64,000 bases of DNA from Lingula anatina. Lineage: Eukaryota > Animalia > Brachiopoda. The stretch is from contig CM120645.1 of NCBI GenBank assembly GCA_051362555.1, positions 21,266,001 to 21,330,000 of the forward strand, read 5' to 3'. Each line of letters starts with the position of its first letter. Position 1 is the stretch's first letter. The notes beneath the pieces were generated by a model that ran no database searches, was not told the origin of the DNA, and saw only the letters and a program-made list of their open reading frames with translations. Both the position numbers and the translations under genes were made by a program. Below, one piece after another: positions 1-13,200 of the stretch.

Positions 1-931
1 TCCGAAGTCGGATTCGAATTCGCCATCCACCTTCTCCATCCTGTGGCAGCAGGACCACGAACAACATCATAGCCAAAAGACAAAATGCCAACTTCATGGT
101 GACTTGTGATATCTTAAAGAAAAGCATTTATTAAAAGCGCATTTAGAGGGTTTTAATGAGATAAAACTTCATGCAGAATAAATCTAGCTGCAATTCAGAT
201 TAAAAAAAAAAGAATAGAGAAAAACAAAAACACAAAAACTTCCATCCAGTCCATTTGTCCTGGTTTTGATTGAAAATCCCTTAAAAATGAGGGCAAGGCG
301 GACAACAACATAAGTACTTTCAAAACAGTCAATGTCACTGGGTAAACCCTTTTCATACCGGATGGAGCACCTATCTATTAGCGTATTTTTATTATACATT
401 ATTTGTGCATAGAATTTCATGAATTTGTCACATTTTACCAGCTTTCAGGAGGTATATTTGCAGCTTTGGTATCGTTTATGGTCTTTATTCAAGAAACAAA
501 ATAGTGCTGTGTCGTAAATGACCACTCCAGATTTCCGATATTTAAAAGTGTAGCCCATATTGTACATGGTATTTTATTCCTTTAATTCCACTCAAATTAC
601 TAATTAGATTAAGCTATGGCGAACAAATACAGAACAATGAAATATTTGGAGAAAAGAAAGATCCGAAATATCTCAGAAGGGAAGAATTCTACTGATGAGA
701 GTGATTTGGGTGCAACAGACCGAAGAAGAGGGTCACGTATTCGAAGTGCATGTGCTCATCGTGCACTTGTGACAGAGAGAGCAAGTGCTTATGATACAGT
801 GGTTGAACATCAAGAATGGCAGCAACATTTTGCAACCAGATGGTGTGAGGTTTGTTAAATAAGACTTCAGAGGTCATGGCAAGGGTTCTTGAAGAGGTTG
901 GTTAAGGGTGCGAGGCAGAGGAAGTGTACAA

Positions 932-1089
932 GGGGCCGTAGCGATAGTCCGAAGGTTCAATAGTCCGAAGGTTCATTGGTCCGAATGTTCACTATAGAAC
1001 CTTCGGACCAATGAACCCTTGATTAAAAAATCGATAAAAATGTTACCACTTTTCGGACCAATGAACCTTCGGACTATCGAGACGCCCCC
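932..1089. mobile_element. MITE with subterminal TCCGAAGGTTCA repeats
   Basis: CGATAGTCCGAAGGTTCA / TGAACCTTCGGACTATCG inverted ends. Confidence 0.7.
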
Positions 1090-1223
1090 GTAGAATATGC
1101 ATTAAAACAGTCGGTGAGCTACCGTAGAATACAAGCCTAATCTAATGACCCTTGTATGACAAAGAGCAACTGACTGCTGAAATGGAAACTTTTGTAGTAC
1201 AGGGACGAAACCAATACAGTGAC

Positions 1224-1474
1224 GTTTGTTTGTCACCCGCCTAACTCAAAAAGTTGTGGATGGATTTTGATCAAATTTTCAGGATAGGTCTTACATGAAT
1301 TAATCTTAAAGGGGTACAGGTATTTCTAAAAGAGATATTCGAGTGCAATAACTCTGTAATAAATGGACAGAGCACTGGGTTGGAAAAATTGCTCGGTTTT
1401 GTTTTCAGGCCTCATAGGTGAAATTGCAGTTTGTGATCTCGAGCCGCGGTTTGTGATTGCGAACGCCGAAGTTA
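1224..1474. repeat. Dispersed repeat, second copy at about 4594-4850
   Basis: Direct alignment GTTTGTTTGTCA...GAAGTTACG. Confidence 0.85.
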
Positions 1475-4400
1475 CGAGTTGACCTGCGTTTTCATGGTGC
1501 GAACGCAAATGTCTACGTAAACAGCCACTTGACATCATAGATCAACAGCTACCGGGATACATGTATATACCATCTTTGTGAATGAATATCAGGTAAACAA
1601 CCAGTCACTAGTATTATCCCTCTAAGTTACTACTCTACGTATAGTAAAGGTCAGCTGAATGATGACATTAATTCTATATAAAATCTCACAAATCTTTGGT
1701 CACAAAGGAAAGGTGAACAGAATTCGCCCCTGACATATCTTTAAATATTATAATAAAAATAATTAAATTAAAATTACAATTTAATTGAAATTAATTTAAA
1801 AAAAATCGGTGACCCTTGTAGAGGGAATACACATGCAACCAGTTTGTTCAGTTCAAGGTGAACACTAGTTAGTATATGAATGGTGGATCTAAAATCATCA
1901 AATCTTTCCGTCACATCAGTAACACGGTGGTCTAGCTGAGATCTATAGAAAATATGCATCTGTCATAAAAATCTTTTGGCCACACTACCCAGGCATCTCT
2001 CTTCCATACTTAATACAATATCTTTTTGTTTGTATTTATCTCTGAAATTTTAGTTTTAAATGTTTAAAAGGTTATAAAGTGCACATTTAGGGAAGGACAA
2101 CTAGGGTAACTGTCATCATATGGTATTTGCTCTCCTCTTCCGGCTTCACATTTATTTATATAGTCATTTAATTAAAAATATAGTTAACCTTTGTTACTGT
2201 TCCATCAATTAAAGGTGACTGATAGGATGCACACATTTAGTTCTGTTCACTCGGTCTGTACGTGTTATTGCTGTCGTTGTCGCCGTCCGAACTGTCAAAT
2301 CGTATTTTCGTTTCACTTCAAATTTTAGTGTCTTTGTTTGGTTAAAAAGTGGCTCCTTGCAAAAATCAGCACGATCGGATTATTCTTACAAAAGTCATTG
2401 ATTTTTTAATGCCCGACCGAAATGTGTATTTTTCTAATTAAAATTTGATGAGTGGCTTTAACGAGTCATGTTCCTTTTGAAAATCAGTATGTTTGGTTTG
2501 TGAAAGTGATGCATTTTTATGTTATGTTATGTTATTAGCAAATCAAATGTGTCTTTTAATGCCTTTTAACATTACTTTAAAAAGAATAAAAAAACTTCTA
2601 ACTTAAGAATAACTAAAGAATATTTTGGTGAACCTATTTGTTTTAGTTTTAATTACTGTTATATTTGTTTTGAATTTATCTGTGTACTTTTAGTTTTTAT
2701 ACTATATACATATGTAAACAGCACTAGTACTGAGACGCAAGGTAGCGCGATTTTAAGGAATGGATTTTAATAATAATTATTATTATTGTTTAAAAATAAT
2801 GTTACAATGTACTTTGCCGTTTGGTGTCCGTATAATTGCCAGCTTTGGTGCCTCTTTTCGCTTATAGTTTTAACTTAAACAGTTCTAAGGTTCATATACA
2901 CAAAGCAAAAATATTGTTGAATATGTGCAGGGCTGATTCCTAAATAATATTAAATAAATGATCTTACCTTAGCAAATCAAGATGGCCTAGAGAGCGGAAC
3001 CTCGTCTTGGTGGACCCCGTAGTCGCAGAGAACCACAGTATGTGGAATGGTTTCCGTCTACCAACTTTATACTGTTAAGGTCGTGACTTTGTCAAACTTA
3101 TCTGATCAGGAAAGCAGTGCCACTCCGTGAATTCTTTGTTATCTTTTCAGAAAAATGAGACTTGCCTCTTTCACAAGAGCCCGACGCACTGATAAGATTA
3201 TTGGTTACTGGGAATCATAAATTCTGTGAATCAAAAGGACAACTAAATATCCATAAATTGTGCGGGGCATTATCAAGGCCATGTGGCAGACACTACAAGA
3301 TACGAGGCACCAATATTTCCTATTTTACATTTATTTTGTTGACCAGGCATTTGACGTATAGGAAAGTAGGTGGATATAAGAAAACATGGCTTCGCTGCAT
3401 TCTAATTTTAACAGATATTTATAACAATGGGAATGCAGACGTATTAGGTCGTTGTCACCAAAATCCTGGTATGACCGATGTTAAAGGATTTGATATATAT
3501 ATATATATATATAAATGATTGGTACTGTTAAAGATTCCCAAAATTCAAAATGAGATTTACATAAATTTGAAGTAAAATACTCTCTATTGCTAGTGTCTTA
3601 CTACCGCCAATAGGTCTTGTTTTTCCCTTGTGCGTGTCGCCTTTGCTGCCTCAATTCAACTCACGTATTAAAAAGGTAACACGTGGAGTAGAGTGATTAT
3701 TGTATACCGCACTCCACGTGAGTTTCAGTGCAATTTACATAAGATGACAATTTCCCAGGATATTTTGTGGCACTGGTTCAGACGGGGGGTAGACGTTCTC
3801 ACCTCCCTAGGAAGGAGACCGCTCAGCTGCGGCATGATGTGCTGAAAGCTAGCAAACGAATATCTAATATAAATATATATACTGAGTATATCTCTCCCCT
3901 TGCCACACCAAGGTCGTTACCCATACTTCAACCCCTGAGTGCTGAGTACTGTGTTCATGGGCCATATGTTGATTTTTCACTAGATATTTTTTCACAGATA
4001 TTTATCTGGCTAACTATTGACCTTTTTTCTGCTGCAATATACTACTGCACTGTCCATTGAGAATGTTTGCAAGGAATTGATATCACAACTTGTAGTTGGC
4101 CTCTAGTATACAGCGAGCGTTGAAAGCCAAGCGGGAAGACAGGTGTCGTTTATGAAAGAATGGCATGACGCCAGAGGCTGACATTCTGACCACAAGGCCA
4201 TCTGGACCGTATTTCGACGATGATGAGGTTAAATGAGGAAACATAAGAGAAACGGGAGTTGTTATACGCCTTATAACGGACCTAAATAAGAAAACTTATT
4301 ACTCAACAACCGAGACCCCCCCCCCCCCAAAAAAAAAAAGAGATGGTTGACGAAAAATATTTTCTAAAAACCATTTCGCACATAAACACAGTTATTTTAT

Positions 4401-5682
4401 ACCTGATCTATTTTGCAGGGACTGGCGACACTGAGAATATTACCGAGAATTCAATATTCCTAGAATAATAATATTTGACTCTCATTTTGAGGAATATTGT
4501 CAAGGTCATTGGGGCATCCGTTGCTTGACTTCGATGCACTTTTCATTAAGTTTTCTTACTTCAGCCAGGGAGTTTACATATTCACCCCCGTTTGTCTGTT
4601 TGTTTGTCATCCGCCTGACTCAAACAGTTATGAACGGATTCTGATGAAATTTTCAGGATAGGTCTTAAATGGGTTAATCTAAAAGGGGTACAGGTATTTT
4701 TTTAAAAAAATATTCGAGTACAATTACACTGTAATATGCAGAGAGAGCACTGGTTTGGAAAATTGCTCGGTTTTGTTTTCAGGCCTTATAGGCGAAATTA
4801 CAGTTTGTGATCTCGAGCCGCTGATTTGTGATTGCGAACGCTGAAGTTACGCAATTACCGTTTATAAAACCTGTGCGTTGTAACCCTTTTTTTATTTGGA
4901 CGGAGAACTACTAGCAGGAGATTGAGGATAAAGAGGGTGGAGGGCGGCACAGGATAATTTGTGCGCCCCGGAATCGAAAAATAAAAGTTTAAATGTGTCT
5001 TAATGATGTTGAGATCAACACATGTGAATTTAGAAGTTTATTTGCGTGTGCCTTAATCATATATAACAGAGAGTGGACCTGATTACCGTGTTGTACAAAT
5101 CATCTCACCCCTTCTGGAGCCTCAATTCAGTTCAAAGCAAACATTTAAACATGGCAGTCCATGAGGATCCCAGAGAGGGGGGCTCTCCGCGAAATATTTG
5201 TAAAATATATTTACATGGGCATTTATGTCAAAGAATTTGAAAGAATGATTGAGACAGATACCAGGAGGTTTTCGTCATTTTGGCAGAAGACAAGGGCTTT
5301 GAGTACAGAACCCTATACTTAGACGAACAGAAATATATTTGTGTTGTAGTCCAAACATTTGAACAAGTTTTGTGTTTTTGTCCCACTGACAAGGTGCACG
5401 TACTCACCCGAGGAAAACTACGTTATAATTCAGTTCGGTAGAAAAACATTGGAACAGCAAGATATTTGCCACGAAGTGTTCGCAGTGGATTTCATCGAGA
5501 CTAGGCATATTACAGCCTAACGAGAGTAAAAAGTGGCAAAACGGGTTAATTTGATTGTATATTGATTGTATTTACAGTTGTAACTTTTGCATTTTCTGCT
5601 TACGTTGAAATAAATAATCCATCTGTAAGCTTCTCCAATGATTTTTGTGGAGTGGGGCCTTAAAGACTAGGCGTATTTAGGG

Positions 5683-5890
5683 TCCATTCCCACAGATATT
5701 TGGATCGATCTATCTCCCTGGGGAGTCTCTCTAAATTGCTGTCAATCAGTAGAGGGTAAAGATAATACCCCCTTACAGCTTTAGTAGGCGTGACAGACAT
5801 TTAAGCCGGCCAAGTTGACAACAATTTAGTGAGACTCCCCAGCGAGTTAGATCGATCCAGATGGATCGATCTAGGCATGGGAACCCAGTC
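5683..5890. mobile_element. Diverged member of the same MITE family
   Basis: Shares GATCGATCTA...GGGGAGTCTC terminal motifs and internal sequence with 54258-54472. Confidence 0.65.
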
Positions 5891-6395
5891 TAGGTTTCGA
5901 CCAGTTTAAATTCAGAAAAAAATGCTTACCGTGATTATATAACAATGACTTTATTGGGAATAAATGGTACTGGCTAAACTCTATCGACGCAGTATTAGAA
6001 CCAGCGGTGCATTTTAATTAAAACTATATTGATACTTCGATTCATCTACCAATTGACACCGCTCGCCTCATCCTGACGTTGAGCAGAATACATAAAAGCT
6101 GGTGATTATACAACAACGTTGCAAACAAAAGAAGGCGTGTTAATCTTAAATGTTAATCTTAAATCCCCTCGGCGCTGGATCGATCTACATATAGCACGAT
6201 GTTATCATTGGGAATGAAGCCTAACCTAGCCAGTAGTAAATGGTCGTCAATTTCTGGTCTTCTTGGAAATACGAAGAAAAAGATTTCAGGCTATTTGAAA
6301 TGTGAGGTCGTTTCCCATTAGATATGTGAGTTCGTATTACCCTGGGAGAGATTATATCTTAAAAGTTCAAAATTTCTCATATTTATATATATAGT

Positions 6396-6561
6396 CAGGC
6401 CCGTAGCCAGCAATTTCAAAAGGGGGGTTCTTTTTCTGAAAAAGTGGACCTTTTCCCATAAAAACTTCATGTACCTAGAGCAAATTTTACCCAGAGTGGA
6501 CCTTTTCCCAGTAAAAGGGGCGGTTCTTTCGAACCCCCCGAACCCCCTGACTACGGGCCTG
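6396..6561. mobile_element. MITE with CAGGCCCGTAG TIRs and 5-bp TSD (hAT5-like)
   Basis: TSD ATAGT; near-identical copy at 46161-46327. Confidence 0.88.
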
Positions 6562-6752
6562 ATAGTTGAGGCGTTTATTAAACGAATACGTTACAGACAA
6601 GAGGACTGGCGTTGTCGTGTTAAAGCTACACATGGAAATCATTTATTAGTTCTTTCATAGACCTGTGATAAAATGATTTCAACAAAGGTCGGGCTCACGC
6701 CATCTTTATCGAATGACCCAAACCCAGAACCGACGAGAGAGAGAGAGATGTA

Positions 6753-6998
6753 AAGCCTGAATCCCAACTACACGCACGGTTTTCAGGACATACGTTTTTT
6801 AGGTTCCTCTCGTCTGACTGGGCAGTCGCTAGATCGCAGGGAAGAAATCAATTAGTTGGTGAATGCAGTGAGTGCGCAAGAAGAAAGTGCGTGGAAAGTA
6901 CGTGAGAGGCACAGCCTCCGCACGTCAGAAGTAACTGCTACGCCTGACGGGCCTTTACACGTGTCCCGCGCGGCCCGTGCATGCTAAGGACCCAGGCT
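6753..6998. mobile_element. Harbinger-like MITE
   Basis: TAAAGCCTG ... CAGGCTTTA inverted ends; GC-rich interior. Confidence 0.55.
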
Positions 6999-7262
6999 TT
7001 AGGGGAGAGAGAAATGTAGCGGGGGCGTGTGTGTGTGTGTGGGGGGGGGGGGGGGAGAAGAAGAGGGAGAGAGTGAGGGGGATGGAAGGGAGAATGAGAG
7101 AGGGGGCAGTCAGCACAACCGAAAGAAAAAATGTTTCTAATAGGTAAAGTAATGAAATATCAAATTATTTCAGAAAAATAAACTGAAGGTCATTATAAAC
7201 TACATGCATCTGGATACTGCTACCTGAAATATAATATGACAACACATTCAAGGAAGTCGGTA

Positions 7263-7428
7263 CAGCCCCGTAGCCGGGGGTGGGGGGATGGGGTGGGGGG
7301 TGGGGGTGAGGGGGATTGGGGGGTTCGAAAGAAGCCCCTTTTTATCCAGGTACATGAAGGTTTCATGGTAAAAGGTCCACTTTCTAAGAAAAAAAAAACC
7401 TTTCGAAATTGCTGGCTATACGGGTCTG
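7263..7428. mobile_element. Related MITE with 5-bp TSD
   Basis: CAGCCCCGTAGCC / GGCTATACGGGTCTG ends; TSD CGGTA. Confidence 0.75.
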
Positions 7429-7669
7429 CGGTACAAATTGTATGCATTGACAAATCGTTTTTACTCTTTTAAACATACGCAGTTCTGGTAATAACATACC
7501 TGCATTTGTTTTCTTATCGGCTTGTGGTCATCCACATAAGAAGCATTTATTTGAAGTCAAAAACTTAGGATGACAGGGTGAAAATGCACGCACCGGAATA
7601 ACATCTTAGAAAACAGAACAAAAATGACTTACAAACATTTTAATAACTTCAAAACACTTTTGTTTAATC

Positions 7670-8487
7670 ATGTCGGACTGATTGTAAAGAAAACCTGTCA
7701 CATCTGGTGAAGCTTTGCGCTACATTCTCATGGCGTGACTATGCCTTTTATGTGTTACGTGCACGCTCTTAAATTACGTCGGTAAATTTATTATTTACTT
7801 GTTTCAGGATCATATTCAAACAGGCACATTTCAATTTGATCAAGTCTGTTCTGTATTTTCGGACGGCTTGGTATCACTTATTGAAGTCACGCAGAGTCTG
7901 TCAGCAAAAACATGTCAAATCTAATTAATTTTTCTTCATGTAGTAGACTTGGATGACAAGTATGGACAATAAAAATGATATCAAATTCTGTATTAGAGCG
8001 AGATCTACGTCAATAACAAGTCTCGCGACAACTGTGAGCAAACTAATTATTGCCGCTGTCGTGACTGACCTACAATATAGTGTTACAAGTCCAACATCAT
8101 TATCACCATCATTTATTAACGTGTCATGTGCATCGAACACCCAGTCCTTGGGGCTTTTAAGACACCTGTGGCAAAAATTTGCTAATTGCCTCAATTTTTC
8201 CATTAAATCTTCTATAGACATTTTCATTCATATCATTTATTTTGATACTCAATTTTTCAAAAAACATTTTTAGCTTTCCTCTATATAAGCAGTGCACCGA
8301 AGTAAGAAATTACTATCATCTTCTAATTCATTTTTTGCATAGTTGGCATATTCTTTCATTAGTAGGCGTTTGTGTATAACTTCCATTTTCTGTATTACAA
8401 TATAAACTACTGATATCATGGTACATTTTTCAATTTATGTAGGCCTTAAATAATTTGTACATGAGTAAATTCCTATTATTTAAAACC
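7670..8487. repeat. About 0.8-kb segment duplicated at 10369-11047 + 12359-12436
   Basis: High identity by eye. The second copy is interrupted by a LINE fragment and two MITEs. The first copy is bracketed by direct repeats 7498-7660 / 8487-8650. Confidence 0.88.
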
Positions 8488-9627
8488 TGCGTTTGTCTTC
8501 TTATCAGCTTGTGGTCATCCGCAAAAGAAGCATTTATTGATGCCATAAACAGGGTGACAGGGGGAAAACACATGCACCGGATTATTATCTTAGAAAGCAA
8601 CACAAAAGTGACTTACAGGTACAAACAATAAAATTACTTTAAACACTTAATTAAACTTAAACTACTTAATTACTGTTGTACAAAAGACAAAAACGATACA
8701 GAATTGAATAGAAAATAACGAAAAAATTCCCGTGGGTGAGCACTTTCCAAATCCCCCCACATTTAACGCGTGGATAGCTCTGATGGTTTCCATTATCAAT
8801 GCATGTGAAAGCATAAAAGTTGATCTGTATTATTTTTATTCATTTTGAAATGCAAATATACGTCGTTGTTATGAACCCATAAAAAGATAAAAAATAAATC
8901 TGATCCTTCATACTTTTTTCAGATGCACAAACAAGTCACGAATCTCTCAATTATCAAATTAATTGTGTTATTTCATCGGTTCGAACATTGACATTGCTGC
9001 AAACCAGTTCTTTACAAAATTTGAAATAAATGAGATGATTATATGCATTTTTGTTCATATGAAATTTAACTATAAAAAAGGACAAGTATAAAGTTGAATA
9101 ACAGTAACAGGGTAAAAGACAGAGCCAAATTGATGGCAAATTGCATTTTGCCCAGTGTCACGTTGTCACCATCGTTGTACATGTATTTAACTTTATACAC
9201 GTAGAATCATTTTGCTTTTATCCACATATCTATACGATCGTTTTTAAGTCATTAAGCGAAGACCCTGTTCCTGGTATATGTTGCTGTGAAATTTCATAGA
9301 GCAATCCCCCACTCCACGTGACGCGTATGAACACGTGTTTACATGATCTACTTCAATATTCCTGCACCTCTTTATCAACAATCCATTGAAATAAAAATGC
9401 TGGATTTTTCCTTGGAACAAAGAAGTTCTAATATAGGGTATCTTAAAATCGCTGGATTTTTCCTTGAAACAAGTAGGTTCTTGTATAAGTTGTCTTAAAA
9501 TCTATGTACATTTAACTATTCTTTCAAATAAAATTTTAACAGAAGTCCTATTTGCAATGATTGTATCTTCCATAAATATAAGACGTCAATTATTTTAGCT
9601 TAGAGATCTCCCCAGGGTTGTTTGTTT

Positions 9628-9727
9628 TCACCAGACATGACACTTATCTAGGGGGTTCATGTTAGATCCTGGGGGGCACCTGAACGTCTCTGCAAACACC
9701 TGTAGCTGGGACATGGCGCCATTAATT
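9628..9727 (-). CDS. Distal terminal coding exon (exon 19) of neprilysin-like copy A
   Basis: Acceptor ttgcag, phase 2 matching exon 18 (AG+A = Arg). Translates [35 protein letters not shown]. It is 100 nt, like the copy B last exon at 45410-45311. Confidence 0.9.
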
Positions 9728-10197
9728 CTGCAATTAAAAAAAACATTTAAAAGGCTGCATAAGAGTAGAATGACCGTTTTTGACCGTTGTAATAACCTGC
9801 CTGTTGGTTATTCAAGCACTTAAGATTTGTTCTTATAGATATGATTTTCACCAATACCTGTAAGTCAACTGAGACAGGCAGGTATGTTTTTTTTTTGCTA
9901 CACAGTTTATTTTACTGCAAAACTGGGGTCTCTACAACTCTCTTTACGTGACGGTCCACCTAGCAAACAGACTCTCTCCTTCTCTTGCTTACCTCTTTTA
10001 TCGTCTTTTATGATAATATTACACTAATAAAATGGGTATAAATACTTAGGGTGCATTATAAAAGATAACTTGGAATGGGGAAGAGCATGTTACAGAGCAA
10101 GTAGAGAGAGCATATGTCTAACATGTTCCCAATCAAGTGTATTTATCTTATGTCATAGAGAAATTTATAAGATTTAAATGACTCTTGGAGCTAGAAC

Positions 10198-10252
<55 letters not shown>

Positions 10253-13200
10253 GACACACTTTGTTATGAGGTCTTTATAAATACAATTTTTATTTTAATA
10301 AACAAAGTTAATTTGAATTACTTTTTGAAAGGGGGATCAATGCATATGTATTTGTGTAGTGGGCCTTTATCATGTCGGACTGATTATAAAGAAAACCTGT
10401 CACATCTGGTGAAGCTTTGCGCTACATTCTTATGGCGTGACTACGCCTTTTCTGTGTTACGTGCACGTTCTTAAATTACGTCGGTAAATTTATTATTTAC
10501 TTGTTTCAGGATCATTTTCAAACAGTCATATTTCAATTTGATCAAGTCTATTCTGTATTTTCGGACGGCTTGGTATCACTTATTGAAATCACGCAGAGTC
10601 TGTCAGCAAAAACATGTCAAATCTAATTACTTTTTCTTCATCCGGTAGACTTGGATGACAAGTATGAACAATAAAAATGATATCAAATTCTGTATTCGTG
10701 TGAGATCTACGTCAATAACAAGTCTCACGACAATTGTGAGCAAACTAATTATTGCCGCTGTCGTGACTGACCTACAGTATACAGTTATGAACGTGTCATG
10801 GGGCTTTTAAGACACCTGTTGCAAAAATCTTAACAATAAATTTTGCTAATTGCCTCATTTTTTTCTATTAAATCTTCTATAGACATTTTCATTTATATCA
10901 TTTATTTGGATACTCAATTTTTAAAATAAAATTTATAGCTTTCCTCTATATAACAGCAGTGCACCGAAGTAAGAAATTACTCTCATCTTCTAATTCCTTT
11001 TTGCATAGTTGCCATATTCTCTCATTAATAGGCGTTTGTACATAACGTCTAGTTTGTACACGTAAAGGTAAATTGCCCATCCAAAATCGTGGTAAAATGA
11101 TTTTTCTTTCCTGTTCAAGTCTATGTTTAAATGATTTTCAGTTTTAAATTTTTAAATGGCATTTATTTTCAGAGTTTAGGGAATTTGAAAATGTGTTTTT
11201 TCCATTTAATTTGGAATTTTTCATAGAAGAGTTTATTTAATGTATTCTTTATCAACAATGCTTTGTTCAAAAATGAATTTCTATATTACAGAATCTGATG
11301 ACGTTTCTTATACTTATCAACCCATTTTATGTCATTTATGCTCTGTATTGTAAACATTTTGTTTTCTTGTAATTAATTAGCATTCTCCATTTGTTACACA
11401 ACCAGTCCGCCACTGCCAGGCGGCTGTTTAGTTTTTCTGTGCTATCAGATATTATTACCAGATCATCAGCATAAAGTAGGCCAGTAAGGTTCAATCTCTC
11501 ATTTATACTGATACCTTCTTTATACTTATTTAGCTCAATGATCAGATAACTTACACCCCATTCTCATAGATTAGATCGACCTACATTGGATCGACCTAAC
11601 TCCCTGGGGGTTCACGCTAAATAGCTGTCAGCCGGGCGGACACGAAAGTTAATTACCCCTTAAAGCTTGTAGTAGGCGGGGACGGACACTTAAGGGGGAT
11701 TATCTGACAGTAATCTAGTGAGACTCCCCGCGGTGATAGATCGATCTAAAAGTTGTGAGAACAGAGCCTTACATAGATTGCATAGAGCGCATTCTCAACG
11801 AAGTAAGCCAGGCTTTACAAAGCCGGTGACCTAAAAATGGCGGACGTACATGAAAGAAAAACCGCCTAATCTTTTAATAGTCTCTCCGCCTCTCACACGC
11901 CTCCCCACACGTCGTCCCTGCGGGGTACAGTAATTAAATCTCGGCTCCGAACATTTATATTTCCGTGAATATCTCTGGTGATATTATCTCCGTAGATAGT
12001 CGATTCATTGCTGCTCTACGGGCCAAATTATTCCTTTTCGTCTCTGTTTTCAAAGATAATAGAACAGAAGAGCTTTTTTCCTTCGATCGCCCTCAGCCGC
12101 AATGCTTTCTTCACCACGAGTTTAACTGATGAGCATGCGCACTTAATATTTCTCAGGTAGCTTCCGCATGGCGAACGGAGACGCGATTTAATTACTGTAC
12201 CCCGCAGGGACGACGTGTGGGGAGGCGGAGAGACTATTAAAAGATTAGGCGGTTTTTCTTTCATGTACGTCCGCCATTTTTAGGTCACTGGCTTTGTAAA
12301 GCCTGGCTTACTTCGTTGAGAATGCGCTCATAGATATGTAGGTAACGAGAATTTAACGCTGATATCATGATACATTTTTCTATTTATGTAGGTCTTAAAT
12401 AATTTGTACATGAGTATATCCCTATTAATTAAAACCAAAAGCTTTTTGTAGATCCATGTAACAACAGTACGTATCAAGCCCTTTATTCTTTCTGTTTCTG
12501 ATTATACTTGTTAGACTGCACAACGACTCTGAAACTTCACACTTTCAAGCCTGCAATTAGCAGTTTTGCACTCCAATAAACTCGAACAGGATGCAAAGAT
12601 TCGAAAGACGAGTATTGGTCTTGCACCTGGAAGTGCATCGCCTCCTTAATTAACACATTCTTTCTATTTATATTATGCGATGTCTTTTAAAATAACATCT
12701 CAGTACAGATATTGTTCATTTGTAATTTTATAATTTACCCCTATACATAGGCCTATGTCATCATATGTAGTCTACCATGGCCCATAGGAGCCTACGCGTG
12801 CTTCTCTCAGACATGTAGAACAGTTTCATTAGCTATGTTATTGTAATAGACATGTGAAGATTCTTTTGTCTATATGCCTGATGAAGTCTGACTGCAAGCA
12901 GACGGAATATTCGCTGGTAAGACCAGACAGATATACATGTAAGTAGCTATAGACAAAAGAATCTTCACAAATCTCTCAGACGTCCATCAACATTCGAAAA
13001 CGCCATGCACCGTGTCTATTTCGTATGTTATTAAGCCCTATAGCAGCGGAATTGACAAGTCCCATGTTGCATACGTCTTTTACTACAGAGCCCCGAAAAT
13101 GACATGGCTGTGTCTGTTTCGCCACTTACTAAACTCCACAGATGCGAAATTGACACGACTGCGAAAATCTCAAGAGTCATGTCTACTTCGTGTCTTAGAA

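Noticed and set aside
2968-3102. Exon-like minus-strand segment with good AG/GTAAG sites
   Set aside because: There are stops in all three frames. It could be a UTR or lncRNA exon, but nothing here supports that.
10178-10474. Poly-Lys ORF
   Set aside because: Artefact of the 50-nt poly(A) tract.
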